Part shown: positions 8,219 through 16,007 of the stretch, one piece after another
Position numbering within the stretch: position 1 is the stretch's first letter
How the letters are laid out: every line of letters begins with the position of its first letter
Assembly: GCA_038061815.1 (NCBI GenBank)
Contig: JBBTYK010000007.1
Coordinates: forward strand, 1 to 37,701
Direction of reading: 5' to 3'
DNA: 37,701 bases
From: Patescibacteria group bacterium
GTDB lineage: Bacteria > Patescibacteriota > Patescibacteriia > Magasanikbacterales > JBBTXJ01
Notes under the pieces: generated by a model
Database searches by the model: none
What the model was told of the DNA's origin: nothing
The model's input: only the letters and a program-made list of their open reading frames with translations
Position numbers and translations under genes: made by a program

Positions 8219-8751
8219 AAAAACAACTTTCTATCGTCACGCATCCCAATCATACATCGCTCCACGAGCGGTGTCGTGATATTACGCCGACAGAACTTGA
8301 AACATCGGAAATCAAGGAGCTCATTCGCAACATGATTCATACGATGTATCGAGACGACGGCGTTGGAATCGCCGCGCCGCAAGTTGGAAAAAACATCCGG
8401 CTTGCCATTATCGCAAAACACGCCCTCAAACAAACCGAAGGAGTAATGCCTTTTCCGACAAAAAAAGATTTGGTCATCGTGAATCCCGCGTACACGCCGC
8501 TCAACGCGGACAAGGCTGAAGAGGAGGAGGGCTGCCTCTCCGTTCCCGGCGTCTGGGGCGCGACGCCGCGTCACACGAAAATCATGGTGCGGTTTATGAC
8601 GCCGGAAGGCGAGCATTATAAATGCATCGTCACCGACTTTTTGGCGCGCGTGTTCCAGCATGAAACTGACCATTTGAACGGGGTGCTTTTTGTTGACCGC
8701 GCGCGAGAGACGCACGACATGCAGCAAAAACCGGATTATCCCATGATATGA
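8215..8751 (+). CDS. def: Peptide deformylase
   Basis: All three PDF motifs are present: GVGIAAPQVG, EGCLSVPG, QHETDHLNG. There is a 4-nt overlap with priA. Confidence 0.96.
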   Translation: MKKQLSIVTHPNHTSLHERCRDITPTELETSEIKELIRNMIHTMYRDDGVGIAAPQVGKNIRLAIIAKHALKQTEGVMPFPTKKDLVIVNPAYTPLNADKAEEEEGCLSVPGVWGATPRHTKIMVRFMTPEGEHYKCIVTDFLARVFQHETDHLNGVLFVDRARETHDMQQKPDYPMI

Positions 8752-9704
8752 TTCGTATTGTTTTCTTCGGCACCGATACGTTCGCAACCACTATATTGAA
8801 TGAACTCGTCAGCGTGCCTGATATACAGATTCTTTCCGTAATCACCCGGCCTGACAAACCGGCCGGACGCGGAAACAAGGTGGAGCCGCCGCTGATTAAA
8901 AAATTTGCCGAACAGCACAGCGTGCCGGTGCTGCAATTTTTGAAATTAAAAGACACTGCGATAGAACAATTACGAAAACTCAACGCCGATGCGTTCGTGG
9001 TGGCGGAGTATGGCCTTCTGATACCGTCTGCGGTGCTGGATATTTCGCCGCATGGTGTGCTGAATGTGCATCCTTCGCTCCTGCCGCGCTATCGCGGGGC
9101 CTCGCCCATTTCCTCTGCGCTGTTAAACGGAGACACTGAAACCGGCGTTTCAATTATGCTGCTTGATGCGGAAATGGATCACGGGCCGATTCTTGCGCAA
9201 GAACGCTGTGCGATTGATGAACACGACACCGCGCCGACGCTTGAAGCAAAACTGGGGCGGCTTGGCGCCGCGCTTTTGATTAAAACACTGCCGGAATGGG
9301 TTGCGAGAAAAATGCAACCGCGCGAGCAAAATCATGCACAGGCGACGTTTTGCAAAAAACTCACGCGCGAATCCGGCCGCATCGGTTGGACGCAATCCGC
9401 CGAATACATTCACCGCATGTGGCGCGCATATCTCCCGTGGCCCGGGATTTTTACGATGTGGGGTGAAAAGCGGTTGAAAATTGTCATTGCGAGCCCTTCG
9501 ACAGGGCTCAGGGTAGACCCGGCGAAGCAATCTAATGAAAATCGACCCGGCACTCCATTCCTCACTCCAGAGAAACAACTCGCCATCGCCTGCGGCACTG
9601 GTGCGCTTATCGTAGAACGCTTGCAACTGGAGGGTAAAAAAGAACTTGACGCCGCCGCCTTCCTTCGCGGGTATCCGGCATTTGTTGACACAAAACTGGA
9701 CTAA
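8748..9704 (+). CDS. fmt: Methionyl-tRNA formyltransferase
   Basis: MIRIVFFGTDTFA N-terminus. The catalytic segment is VLNVHPSLLPRYRGASPI (formyltransferase HPS/LP.yRG motif). C-terminal domain ends LQLEGKKELDAAAFLRGY. The def-fmt pair is canonical. Confidence 0.95.
   Translation: MIRIVFFGTDTFATTILNELVSVPDIQILSVITRPDKPAGRGNKVEPPLIKKFAEQHSVPVLQFLKLKDTAIEQLRKLNADAFVVAEYGLLIPSAVLDISPHGVLNVHPSLLPRYRGASPISSALLNGDTETGVSIMLLDAEMDHGPILAQERCAIDEHDTAPTLEAKLGRLGAALLIKTLPEWVARKMQPREQNHAQATFCKKLTRESGRIGWTQSAEYIHRMWRAYLPWPGIFTMWGEKRLKIVIASPSTGLRVDPAKQSNENRPGTPFLTPEKQLAIACGTGALIVERLQLEGKKELDAAAFLRGYPAFVDTKLD
9483..9536 (+). repeat. GC-rich repeat inserted in-frame in fmt (gtcattgcgag ... cccttcgacagggctcaggg ... 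gaagcaatctaat)
   Basis: Encodes VIASPSTGLRVDPAKQSN in a loop of the Fmt C-terminal domain. It shares gtcattgcgag and gaagcaatctaat with the element at 10505-10591. Confidence 0.7.
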
Positions 9705-9706
9705 CC

Positions 9707-11233
9707 GTGTACACTACCACCATGTCCCAATTCACGCGCTACACCCTGTTTTTTACAGCCGCGTTTCTGACTTTGCACGGGCTCTCGCTCCTCTCGTTTT
9801 TTGTTGAGCCGCTTCGGCCGGTGTTATTTTTTGTCTTGCTTGGAGCGGCGGCAGTTCTCGCGTTTTGGAAACCGGCGTACGCTGCGGTGCCTATTATTCT
9901 TGAACTACTCCTTGATTCAAGCGGCCATTTGTTTGAATGGCGCGGATTGTCGTTGCGATTACTGGTGTTCATCGTGACAATGGCCGTATGGACATTTCAC
10001 GCCATACGGCGCAAAGCACTATTGAAACAATTGCACACGCCATTTACCGCCATCTACGGCGCGATACTCGTTATCGTGGCGCTTGCGGCATATAACGGCT
10101 ATCTCAATGGACATGCGGTACGCGCAGTTATCGCCGACGCAATTCCGTTTTTGTATTTGGCGTTGTGGTATCCGTTACGCGCATTATTCCCTGAGCGAAG
10201 CGAAGCGGAGTCGAAGGGCAACGCTTCGACAAGCTCAGCGCACAATGTATTGGTACCACTCCTCCTCGGCTCCTTTCTCGGCGCCGCCATTCTTTCTCTC
10301 ATTGCGCTATTTCTTTTTTCATCCGGTTTGCAAGAAATCCACGGGCCGTTTTACACATGGTGGCGCGATTGGGTAGCCGGTAAAGCAACGAGCACGGGAT
10401 TTGGGTTTTATCGTATCGTAACGCCGTTGCATTTATTTTTGACCGCGCTGGTGCCGTTTGTTGTATATGTCATCCTTAAAATCCGAACTGAAGGAACTCT
10501 TCCCGTCATTGCGAGGAGTGAGTCCGACGAACGACGAAGCAATCTAATTATTAGATTGCTTCGCTTCGCCCGCGGCTTCGCTCGCAATGACAAATTATGG
10601 CTTCTTATCATCATCCTCCTCGTCCCCGTCATCAACTTCTCCCGCATCTATTTTCTCGCCATTATTCCAGCGACACTCATCATGGCATTAAAATTGCCGT
10701 GGAAAAAAGTGGCGCTAACGCTTATCATCATTGGCGCCGTTTCGCTTGCAGAATATGCTGTCGTCAATCTTGCGGCCTCGCGCGGGACATCGCTCGGTTT
10801 TGAATTTTTGACACAACAATCCCGTGGCATTATTGACCCGGAATCAGAAGCGTCGGCCTCCGCGCGCGCGGCCATACTCCCCCATTTGCTCGGGAAAATA
10901 AAAAACCGCCCGCTCTTGGGCGAAGGACTTGGCGCATCAGTCACGTATTACAATGCGTTTCTGGAAAAAGAGTCAACCACGCGGCATCTTGATTGGGGGT
11001 ATCTGGAACTTGCCGTGGAATTCGGCCTGTTTGTTGCCTTGTTCTTCCTTGGACTTCTCGTTTGGCTGTTTTATCACGGTTTTCGGAATCCTCTTGCCGC
11101 CAGTATTCTGGTTTTCCTTGCCGTGACGGCACTCACCACCCCCGCTTTGTTTCATGTGTACGGAATTACGCTTATTTTAGCGGTTTTATTGGCAACCAAC
11201 TTACTAAAACTTGACAAAGTTCAACAAGTATGA
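9707..11233 (+). CDS. Polytopic membrane protein, O-antigen ligase/polymerase (Wzy_C)-like
   Basis: 508 aa with about 12 hydrophobic segments. The C-proximal RPLLGEGLGAS motif is typical of O-antigen ligase-like proteins. The track start at 9707 is GTG. An ATG at 9722 (MSQFTRY) sits 7 nt after a TACACT -10-like hexamer and may be the true start. Confidence 0.65.
   Translation: MYTTTMSQFTRYTLFFTAAFLTLHGLSLLSFFVEPLRPVLFFVLLGAAAVLAFWKPAYAAVPIILELLLDSSGHLFEWRGLSLRLLVFIVTMAVWTFHAIRRKALLKQLHTPFTAIYGAILVIVALAAYNGYLNGHAVRAVIADAIPFLYLALWYPLRALFPERSEAESKGNASTSSAHNVLVPLLLGSFLGAAILSLIALFLFSSGLQEIHGPFYTWWRDWVAGKATSTGFGFYRIVTPLHLFLTALVPFVVYVILKIRTEGTLPVIARSESDERRSNLIIRLLRFARGFARNDKLWLLIIILLVPVINFSRIYFLAIIPATLIMALKLPWKKVALTLIIIGAVSLAEYAVVNLAASRGTSLGFEFLTQQSRGIIDPESEASASARAAILPHLLGKIKNRPLLGEGLGASVTYYNAFLEKESTTRHLDWGYLELAVEFGLFVALFFLGLLVWLFYHGFRNPLAASILVFLAVTALTTPALFHVYGITLILAVLLATNLLKLDKVQQV
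10189..10243 (+). repeat. GC-rich repeat inserted in-frame (ccctgagcgaagcgaagcggagtcgaaggg + cgcttcgacaagctcagcgcac)
   Basis: Encodes PERSEAESKGNASTSSAH in a loop of the membrane protein. The first half belongs to the same family as 22631-22660, 12311-12356 and 11797-11828. Confidence 0.75.
10505..10591 (+). repeat. 87-bp palindromic element inserted in-frame (11-bp terminal inverted repeats GTCATTGCGAG/CTCGCAATGAC; central 13-bp perfect hairpin)
   Basis: gtcattgcgag...CGAAGCAATCTAA tta TTAGATTGCTTCG...ctcgcaatgac. Arms were checked by hand. 87 nt is 29 codons, read as VIARSESDERRSNLIIRLLRFARGFARND. Confidence 0.85.
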
Positions 11234-11239
11234 TATTCT
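11211..11239 (+). promoter_or_regulatory. Sigma70-type promoter (TTGACA-N17-TATTCT) overlapping the stop codon of the upstream gene; would drive the non-coding transcript
   Basis: cTTGACAaagttcaacaagtatgaTATTCT. The -35 is perfect, the spacer is 17 nt, and the -10 matches 4 of 6 positions. It uses the same cTTGACA form as the promoters at 2286, 21431 and 35236. Confidence 0.5.
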
Positions 11240-11245
11240 TCTTTC

Positions 11246-11778
11246 GAAGAAACCCCGTTGCGGAAGGCGGCGAACGGGTGTCACTTGCTGATGAAAGCGG
11301 ATGGACAAGGACGTTCTCGTCAATCCAGATGGGAAAGACAGGGCGTCTGTGCTCCAAAGGCCACGGAACGCTTATCCGCTAGAAGGTAGGTGGGATTAAG
11401 CCGGAAGTAAAACCCGCGGGGCTCCATAAGAGGTGAAAACAGCCTCGGAGCCCCGCGGGTCGCATGCAAATCCCGCGCCGTAAAGACGATGGGCTCCCCG
11501 ATGGCCATCGGGGTAGAGTGGGAATTTCCCCCTCGTTGGTGCTGCAGCACCTCGCCGTTGGGCAACGGCGTCACTGGTTCCCTCTTGTGGGACTGGTGGG
11601 CGAGGGATTCCTTTCTTTCTCTAGGCTCGTCATGCCGCCTAGGCAGTGACGGCCTCGTCACCCTCTACCAGATGAGAATGCAACTCTCAACGGCAGAGGG
11701 ATGATACCGCTCGAAGGGATCTGGTGATCCCGAAATTGGCTCCCCTTCTCAAGCTCGGCTTGCGGAGGGGATTTTTTT
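11246..11778 (+). ncRNA. Candidate large (~530 nt) structured non-coding RNA, family unassigned
   Basis: It fills a 590-bp gap between convergent genes in a window where other gaps are under 130 bp. There is no credible ORF. It is promoter- and terminator-bounded on the + strand. Perfect or near-perfect helices: 11411-11423/11445-11457 (13 bp, extended by GAGG/CCTC), 11494-11511, 11536-11549, 11551-11568, 11626-11634/11641-11650, 11659-11664/11695-11700, 11714-11729. Confidence 0.6.
11739..11777 (+). terminator. Rho-independent terminator (TCCCCTTCTCAAGC tcg GCTTGCGGAGGGGA + T7)
   Basis: The outer stem TCCCCT/AGGGGA and inner stem CAAGC/GCTTG are followed by tttttttattt on the + strand. The minus-strand reading has no T-run after the hairpin. 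Confidence 0.75.
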
Positions 11779-11796
11779 ATTTCTGAATCCCCTCCC

Positions 11797-11828
11797 CGCC
11801 TTCGACTCGCCCTTCGGGCTCGCTCAGG
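11797..11828 (+). repeat. GC-rich repeat copy (ccgccttcgactcgcccttcgggctcgctcagg) overlapping the 3' end of the GT2 gene
   Basis: Same family as 22631-22660. The last codons and the TGA stop of the GT2 gene (..LSA*; stop is the rc of tca at 11824-11826) lie inside the repeat. Confidence 0.7.
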
Positions 11829-12585
11829 CAGAAAGATTGTGTTTCTCCATAATAATCCGCTTTGCCTCGCGATAGCGCTGCACTTCGCGCGGCATCCAGC
11901 CGAAGATGGGCCACGGAATTTTGTGCACAAACGACGGTAGCCATAAACTCATGCCGCTTTTGCGCGGTTTTATCGTAAACAATACTTCCGGCACCCATAC
12001 GCCGGTTTTATTTTGTTCCAACATCGTAAGCCACAAATCCCAATCCTGAAATTTTTTCAATGATTCGTCAAAGCCGGGGAAATCTTTTGCCCGCATTAAA
12101 CTGGTTGTGGTGATGTATGGCATTTTCCGCAAATGCTCCGCGTCAAATGGGCCGCATATAAATGTTTTGAACCCGAATTTGAAAGAGGAATACGCATACG
12201 ACGCTTCCGGATGTTCTTCCAGCGCGCGTTTCATTTTCTCCAAACAATCGGGATGCATTTTGACGTCGGCATCGCAGAAGATGACGTAGTCGACGGTATC
12301 AGTGGCATTAGATCCCTCGACTTCGGCCGGCTTCGCCGTCCTTCGCTCGGGATGACAATAAGAAAATCCTCTATTCCGTGCCGCCGCGGCGCCGCGGTTT
12401 TCTTGGTGAACAAACGTAATGGGCAGTCTGTCCTTCCACGCATCGGCCACAGATTCCGGAGCATCCGCACTGCCATCATCCACAATTACAATCCGATTCG
12501 GCCGCGCCGTTTGCCCATACAACGAAAAAAGGCACCTCCCCAGTGCCTCCGCATGATTGTAGACTGGAATTATTACGTCTAACAT
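11824..12585 (-). CDS. Family 2 glycosyltransferase (GT-A fold)
   Basis: MLDVIIPVYNHAEALGRCLFSLYGQT...IVIVDDGSAD and the DxD-like FCDADV motif. I place the start at ATG 12585 (MLDVIIPVYN), 4 nt after the stop of the upstream GT4 gene, rather than the track start at 12621. Confidence 0.88.
   Translation of the reverse strand: MLDVIIPVYNHAEALGRCLFSLYGQTARPNRIVIVDDGSADAPESVADAWKDRLPITFVHQENRGAAAARNRGFSYCHPERRTAKPAEVEGSNATDTVDYVIFCDADVKMHPDCLEKMKRALEEHPEASYAYSSFKFGFKTFICGPFDAEHLRKMPYITTTSLMRAKDFPGFDESLKKFQDWDLWLTMLEQNKTGVWVPEVLFTIKPRKSGMSLWLPSFVHKIPWPIFGWMPREVQRYREAKRIIMEKHNLSA
12311..12356 (+). repeat. GC-rich repeat inserted in-frame in the GT2 gene
   Basis: gatccctcgacttcggccggcttcgccgtccttcgctcgggatgac. 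Read on the coding (minus) strand it gives HPERRTAKPAEVEGS, just upstream of the DxD motif. Confidence 0.7.
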
Positions 12586-12589
12586 AACG

Positions 12590-13744
12590 CTATGCTCGAG
12601 ACGACGGCCGGCGGAGTGCATCCAAAATCCGCTTCATTTGCGCCCCCCACGTGAACTCCTTCTCAACGCGCGCTTTCGCGGCCTCGCCGAGCCGTTTCCG
12701 TAGCGCCTCATCCTTCATCAATTTCAACACGGCATCGCGCACCTCCTCGGGTTTCTCGCCATCCACCAGTAATCCCGTTTTATCATCTAACACCGCTTCC
12801 GGGCAACCCCCTGATTTGCCAGCAATGACCGGCTTGGCAAACAAGGCGGCTTCCAGATACACAATCCCCCACCCCTCAACATCCGCGCCAATCTGAATGG
12901 ACGGCATAACGAACACATCGCACATGGCGAACCATGCGGCGAGGTCGTCGTCCTTTACTTTGCCAAGAAAACGCGTGGCGTAATGAAGGTCATATTTGTT
13001 GATGAGTTTTCCGAGTTCCTCCGCATAATCCCCCAGCCCAATCACGCACCACACAATACCTGGGTCCGCTTTCAAAATCTCCGGTAGCGCTTCAATCACC
13101 GTTTGCAACCCCTTGCGCTTCACGAGCCGCGCCACGGACAACAGCACCTTTCTATTCCCCAGCACATACCGATTCCGCATGTTATACAGCGTGTCCTCAT
13201 GCACCGTTACGCCAATCAAATTGGCATTCGGACACGGGTACGCCACGATGACGCGGCGCACCGGAAACCCTTCCAGTTGTTTGCGCGCGAAATCGCTGTT
13301 GGCAACCACCAGTTGCGCACCGTCCAAAATCTTCCGCACCCACCATCGCTTGACGCGTTTTTGTTTTGCGAGCGACACATCAAGCCCGTGAATGTGCACC
13401 ACATACGGAATCTTGCGTAATTTTTTAATTACCCACGCCACCTGACCCATGGGCAACACGTGATGCACGATAATGTCATCGTATGATTTCGGTTTCAAAT
13501 CGCGATACAAATACCACGCGAGCCGCATCCATCGCGGAAAAATATACCGAAAAAAGAACGGCACCCGCCGGAGCTGCTGGTCTTTTTTATTTTCCTCGGT
13601 TTCCACGTCATCCTCGCCGAGCGGCTCGGCCGCCACCCACACTTCCTCGCCAGCCTTCCGGAACTCATGCACCTCATTCGTAATATATGTGGCGATGCCG
13701 CCTTTGGTCGGCGGATACTCAACCGTCAATAAAAGATGTCGCAT
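12590..13744 (-). CDS. Family 4 glycosyltransferase (GT-B, Glycos_transf_1 type)
   Basis: 384 aa. C-terminal nucleotide-sugar-binding signature EGWGIVYLEAALFAKPVIAGKSGGCPEAVLDDKTGLLVDG (E-x7-E type). Confidence 0.88.
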   Translation of the reverse strand: MRHLLLTVEYPPTKGGIATYITNEVHEFRKAGEEVWVAAEPLGEDDVETEENKKDQQLRRVPFFFRYIFPRWMRLAWYLYRDLKPKSYDDIIVHHVLPMGQVAWVIKKLRKIPYVVHIHGLDVSLAKQKRVKRWWVRKILDGAQLVVANSDFARKQLEGFPVRRVIVAYPCPNANLIGVTVHEDTLYNMRNRYVLGNRKVLLSVARLVKRKGLQTVIEALPEILKADPGIVWCVIGLGDYAEELGKLINKYDLHYATRFLGKVKDDDLAAWFAMCDVFVMPSIQIGADVEGWGIVYLEAALFAKPVIAGKSGGCPEAVLDDKTGLLVDGEKPEEVRDAVLKLMKDEALRKRLGEAAKARVEKEFTWGAQMKRILDALRRPSSRA

Positions 13745-13745
13745 A

Positions 13746-15197
13746 CTAAGCTCTCACGCGATGTACCAAATAACGAATTTCGTCAATTTTGACAAGACGA
13801 GTTAGCACTAATCCTCCACAGTATAACACGCTCCCGAGCGCCAACGTAAGATACCACGGCATGATGACCGCGCCAATCCACATGAGGAGACCTACAACGC
13901 CGGCAAGCAATCCTGCTCCGACGGCCCATCCGATTATGCGTCCGTGATGCACGAGCGCAATGCGTGGGACGAAGAAATATCCTGCCGCAAAAAGCACGAT
14001 GTTGCCGAGCAGCGCCGCGATTGCTGCGCCGATGACGCCGTATGGCGGAATGAGCAGGATATTGGCGACCACGTTCACTACCATGGCGACACCCATGGCC
14101 GTCGTTTGCATCGCCTGACGGTTGCATCCGTTGAGCAACGCGCCAACCGGAAAATCTATGAACGCAAAAATCACGCTCGCGAGTAAAATTTGCATCGGAA
14201 TAATCGCCGGCGCGTACTCGGCGGTGTAAATGGTGAGGATGATTTCTTCTGAAAACACACCGAGGAACACCGCGATTGGCATCGCCACCAAAATGAGATA
14301 TTTCATCGCGCGTTCAAACAAATACGTGAGGTGCGGACGGTCACAAATAAACGCCTCACTCATGCGCGGATATAGCGCGGCCGAAAGAGCAAGCGGAATG
14401 AATTGAAACGCAAACGTGATTTTGTTCGGAATACTGTACCATCCCACCGCCGTCGTGCTGGCGAATTTTGAAAGAAACACCGAATCGCTGTATGAATACA
14501 CGCGCGCAAAAATACCGGCAAGCGCAAAGGGAAACGCCACGACAAGCATGGATTTGATGAGCGCAGATTCCCACCGCACGCGCAGCGGCACTCCCGCGCG
14601 ATACCGCAGCATGTATGCGGCGTAGCATACATTTAAGAAGCTTGAAACGATAAATGCGATGATGAGCCACACGAGCGGCCGTCCGAGCAGGAGCGCAATG
14701 GAACCAATAATGAGCGTGCTCAACTGACTCAAAACAATCGCAAGCGCTTCATATTTCAATTTATGCATGCCGCGCAGCACCGCATAGAAAGAAAGATGAA
14801 TGGAGTCCAGTATCATGGTGATGCCGGAAAGCGCAATCAAAAGCTGCATTTCGCTTGAGTAATCCAGCAAGATTGCTACGGCCATCATGATGACATACGT
14901 AGCGGCCATAAACAGCATTTTGACGCCGAGCACGGAACTCAAATGCCGCGCCGCCTCTTCCGGTTTCCGCGCCACTTCCCTATTCAAACTGGGCGAGAGG
15001 CCAAAATCCGTAATGACCGCAAAAATGGTGGTAAACGAGAGCGCGAGAAAGTATTTGCCGGTATCCTCGGCGCCCACCATGCGCGCGATGAACGTAAAAT
15101 ACAAAAAGGACAGGACTTTCTGTCCGACAGACGCGAACGTCATGTAGGCGGTATTTTTGGCAACCGAGGCCATGGCGGTGATTACCGCTTGCTCCAC
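13746..15197 (-). CDS. Polysaccharide/oligosaccharide flippase (MOP superfamily, Wzx-like)
   Basis: 483 aa with about 12-14 TM segments. The N-terminus [30 protein letters not shown] is typical of the Polysacc_synt family. The track start overlaps rpsI by 16 nt. An alternative ATG at 15173 would remove the overlap. Confidence 0.8.
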   Translation of the reverse strand: MEQAVITAMASVAKNTAYMTFASVGQKVLSFLYFTFIARMVGAEDTGKYFLALSFTTIFAVITDFGLSPSLNREVARKPEEAARHLSSVLGVKMLFMAATYVIMMAVAILLDYSSEMQLLIALSGITMILDSIHLSFYAVLRGMHKLKYEALAIVLSQLSTLIIGSIALLLGRPLVWLIIAFIVSSFLNVCYAAYMLRYRAGVPLRVRWESALIKSMLVVAFPFALAGIFARVYSYSDSVFLSKFASTTAVGWYSIPNKITFAFQFIPLALSAALYPRMSEAFICDRPHLTYLFERAMKYLILVAMPIAVFLGVFSEEIILTIYTAEYAPAIIPMQILLASVIFAFIDFPVGALLNGCNRQAMQTTAMGVAMVVNVVANILLIPPYGVIGAAIAALLGNIVLFAAGYFFVPRIALVHHGRIIGWAVGAGLLAGVVGLLMWIGAVIMPWYLTLALGSVLYCGGLVLTRLVKIDEIRYLVHRVRA

Positions 15198-15604
15198 TGT
15201 GGAGCGCGGCGGGCGCGCTTCAAACCGGGTTTCTTGCGTTCTTTGGCGCGGGGGTCGCGGCGAAGAAATCCTTCCGCTTTGAGAGATTTGCGCAAATCGG
15301 CATCCAATTTTACGAGCGCGCGGGCAATGCCGTGACGCACGGCTTCCGCCTGCCCGTGCAATCCGCCGCCCGCCACTTTCGCCGTGACATCAAAGGCGCC
15401 CTCTTTGCCGGCCGTGCGAAACGGTGCTTTGACCATTTCCCGCAGGGCATATACCGGAAAATAGGCGTCATAGGAGCGGCCGTTTACCGTAATCATGCCC
15501 GTGCCGTTCGGTATCAATCGAACGCGCGCAGCCGCGGTTTTGCGTCTGCCGACTGAACGGATGTACTCTGCGGTATTTCCAAGCGTGGTCATATTATGCG
15601 TCAA
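15182..15604 (-). CDS. rpsI: 30S ribosomal protein S9
   Basis: [12 protein letters not shown] near the N-terminus and C-terminal [17 protein letters not shown]. Confidence 0.96.
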   Translation of the reverse strand: MTHNMTTLGNTAEYIRSVGRRKTAAARVRLIPNGTGMITVNGRSYDAYFPVYALREMVKAPFRTAGKEGAFDVTAKVAGGGLHGQAEAVRHGIARALVKLDADLRKSLKAEGFLRRDPRAKERKKPGLKRARRAPQWSKR

Positions 15605-15959
15605 CAGACAAATGTTTCATCAATTCTTTGCGCAATTTGTTTTTAGGCAGCATATTCCATACGGTCTTGCGTACCACGATCCTGCTGTCTTCGGCGAACA
15701 ACTTTTTGAGCGGCTTCATTTTTAAGCCGCCCGGATATCCAGAATGGTGGATGACCATTTTTTGTTCTAATTTTTTACCCGTAAATTTCATTTTATCCGC
15801 GTTAATGACCCGAACGCGATTCGTTGACGCAATATGCGGCGCAAACGAAGGATCATTTTTTCCGCGCAATAACAACGCAACCTCGGTTGCGATTCGTCCC
15901 GGCGCGCGGCCGGCGGCATCAACTTCAAATTTTTTGGATTTTGATTGTGCGGTTGTCAT
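15594..15959 (-). CDS. rplM: 50S ribosomal protein L13 (short, 121 aa)
   Basis: [45 protein letters not shown] and VWNMLPKN are L13 signatures. The rplM-rpsI pairing is canonical. Confidence 0.95.
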   Translation of the reverse strand: MTTAQSKSKKFEVDAAGRAPGRIATEVALLLRGKNDPSFAPHIASTNRVRVINADKMKFTGKKLEQKMVIHHSGYPGGLKMKPLKKLFAEDSRIVVRKTVWNMLPKNKLRKELMKHLSVDA

Positions 15960-15960
15960 A

Positions 15961-16003
15961 CTCGGTTCCCCTCACCTTCATCCTCTCCCTCAAGGGGAGA
16001 GGA
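15961..16003 (+). repeat. Intergenic GC-rich hairpin repeat between rplQ and rplM (TCCTCTCCC tcaag GGGAGAGGA)
   Basis: 9-bp perfect stem at 15981-15989/15995-16003, preceded by cccctcaccttca. No T-run follows on the transcribed (minus) strand, so it is unlikely to be a terminator. Confidence 0.7.
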
Positions 16004-16007
16004 AAAA

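Noticed and set aside
11320-11661. 113-aa minus-strand ORF, plus the 61-aa and 71-aa plus-strand ORFs, inside the long intergenic gap
   Set aside because: The translations are Arg/Pro/Gly-rich with no hydrophobic core pattern. There is no start-codon context. The ORFs run straight through the perfect palindromic helices. They are more parsimoniously explained as chance ORFs in GC-rich structured RNA.
11246-11778. Possibility that the structured intergenic RNA is RNase P RNA, tmRNA or SRP RNA
   Set aside because: There are superficial resemblances. GGGAAAGACAGGGC..GCUCCAAAGG and GGGGCUCCAUAAGAGG resemble GGAAAGUCCGGGCUCCAUAGGG, and AGAUGAGAAUG resembles AGAUGAAUGA. But I could find no 3' partner able to form the P4 helix (no ACAGAA..CCGGCUUA on this strand). 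There is no tRNA-like ..UCCACCA 3' end or tag ORF for tmRNA. There is no GGUCCGGAAGGAAGCAGCC-type SRP domain IV. A covariance-model search is still needed; this rejection is by eye only.
15961-16003. Hairpin between rplQ and rplM as an intra-operon terminator
   Set aside because: On the transcribed (minus) strand the 9-bp stem is followed by tgaaggtgagg, not a U-tract. It also belongs to a generic GC-rich repeat type (cctctcccc..ggagagg). It is more likely a repeat or RNA stability element than a terminator.
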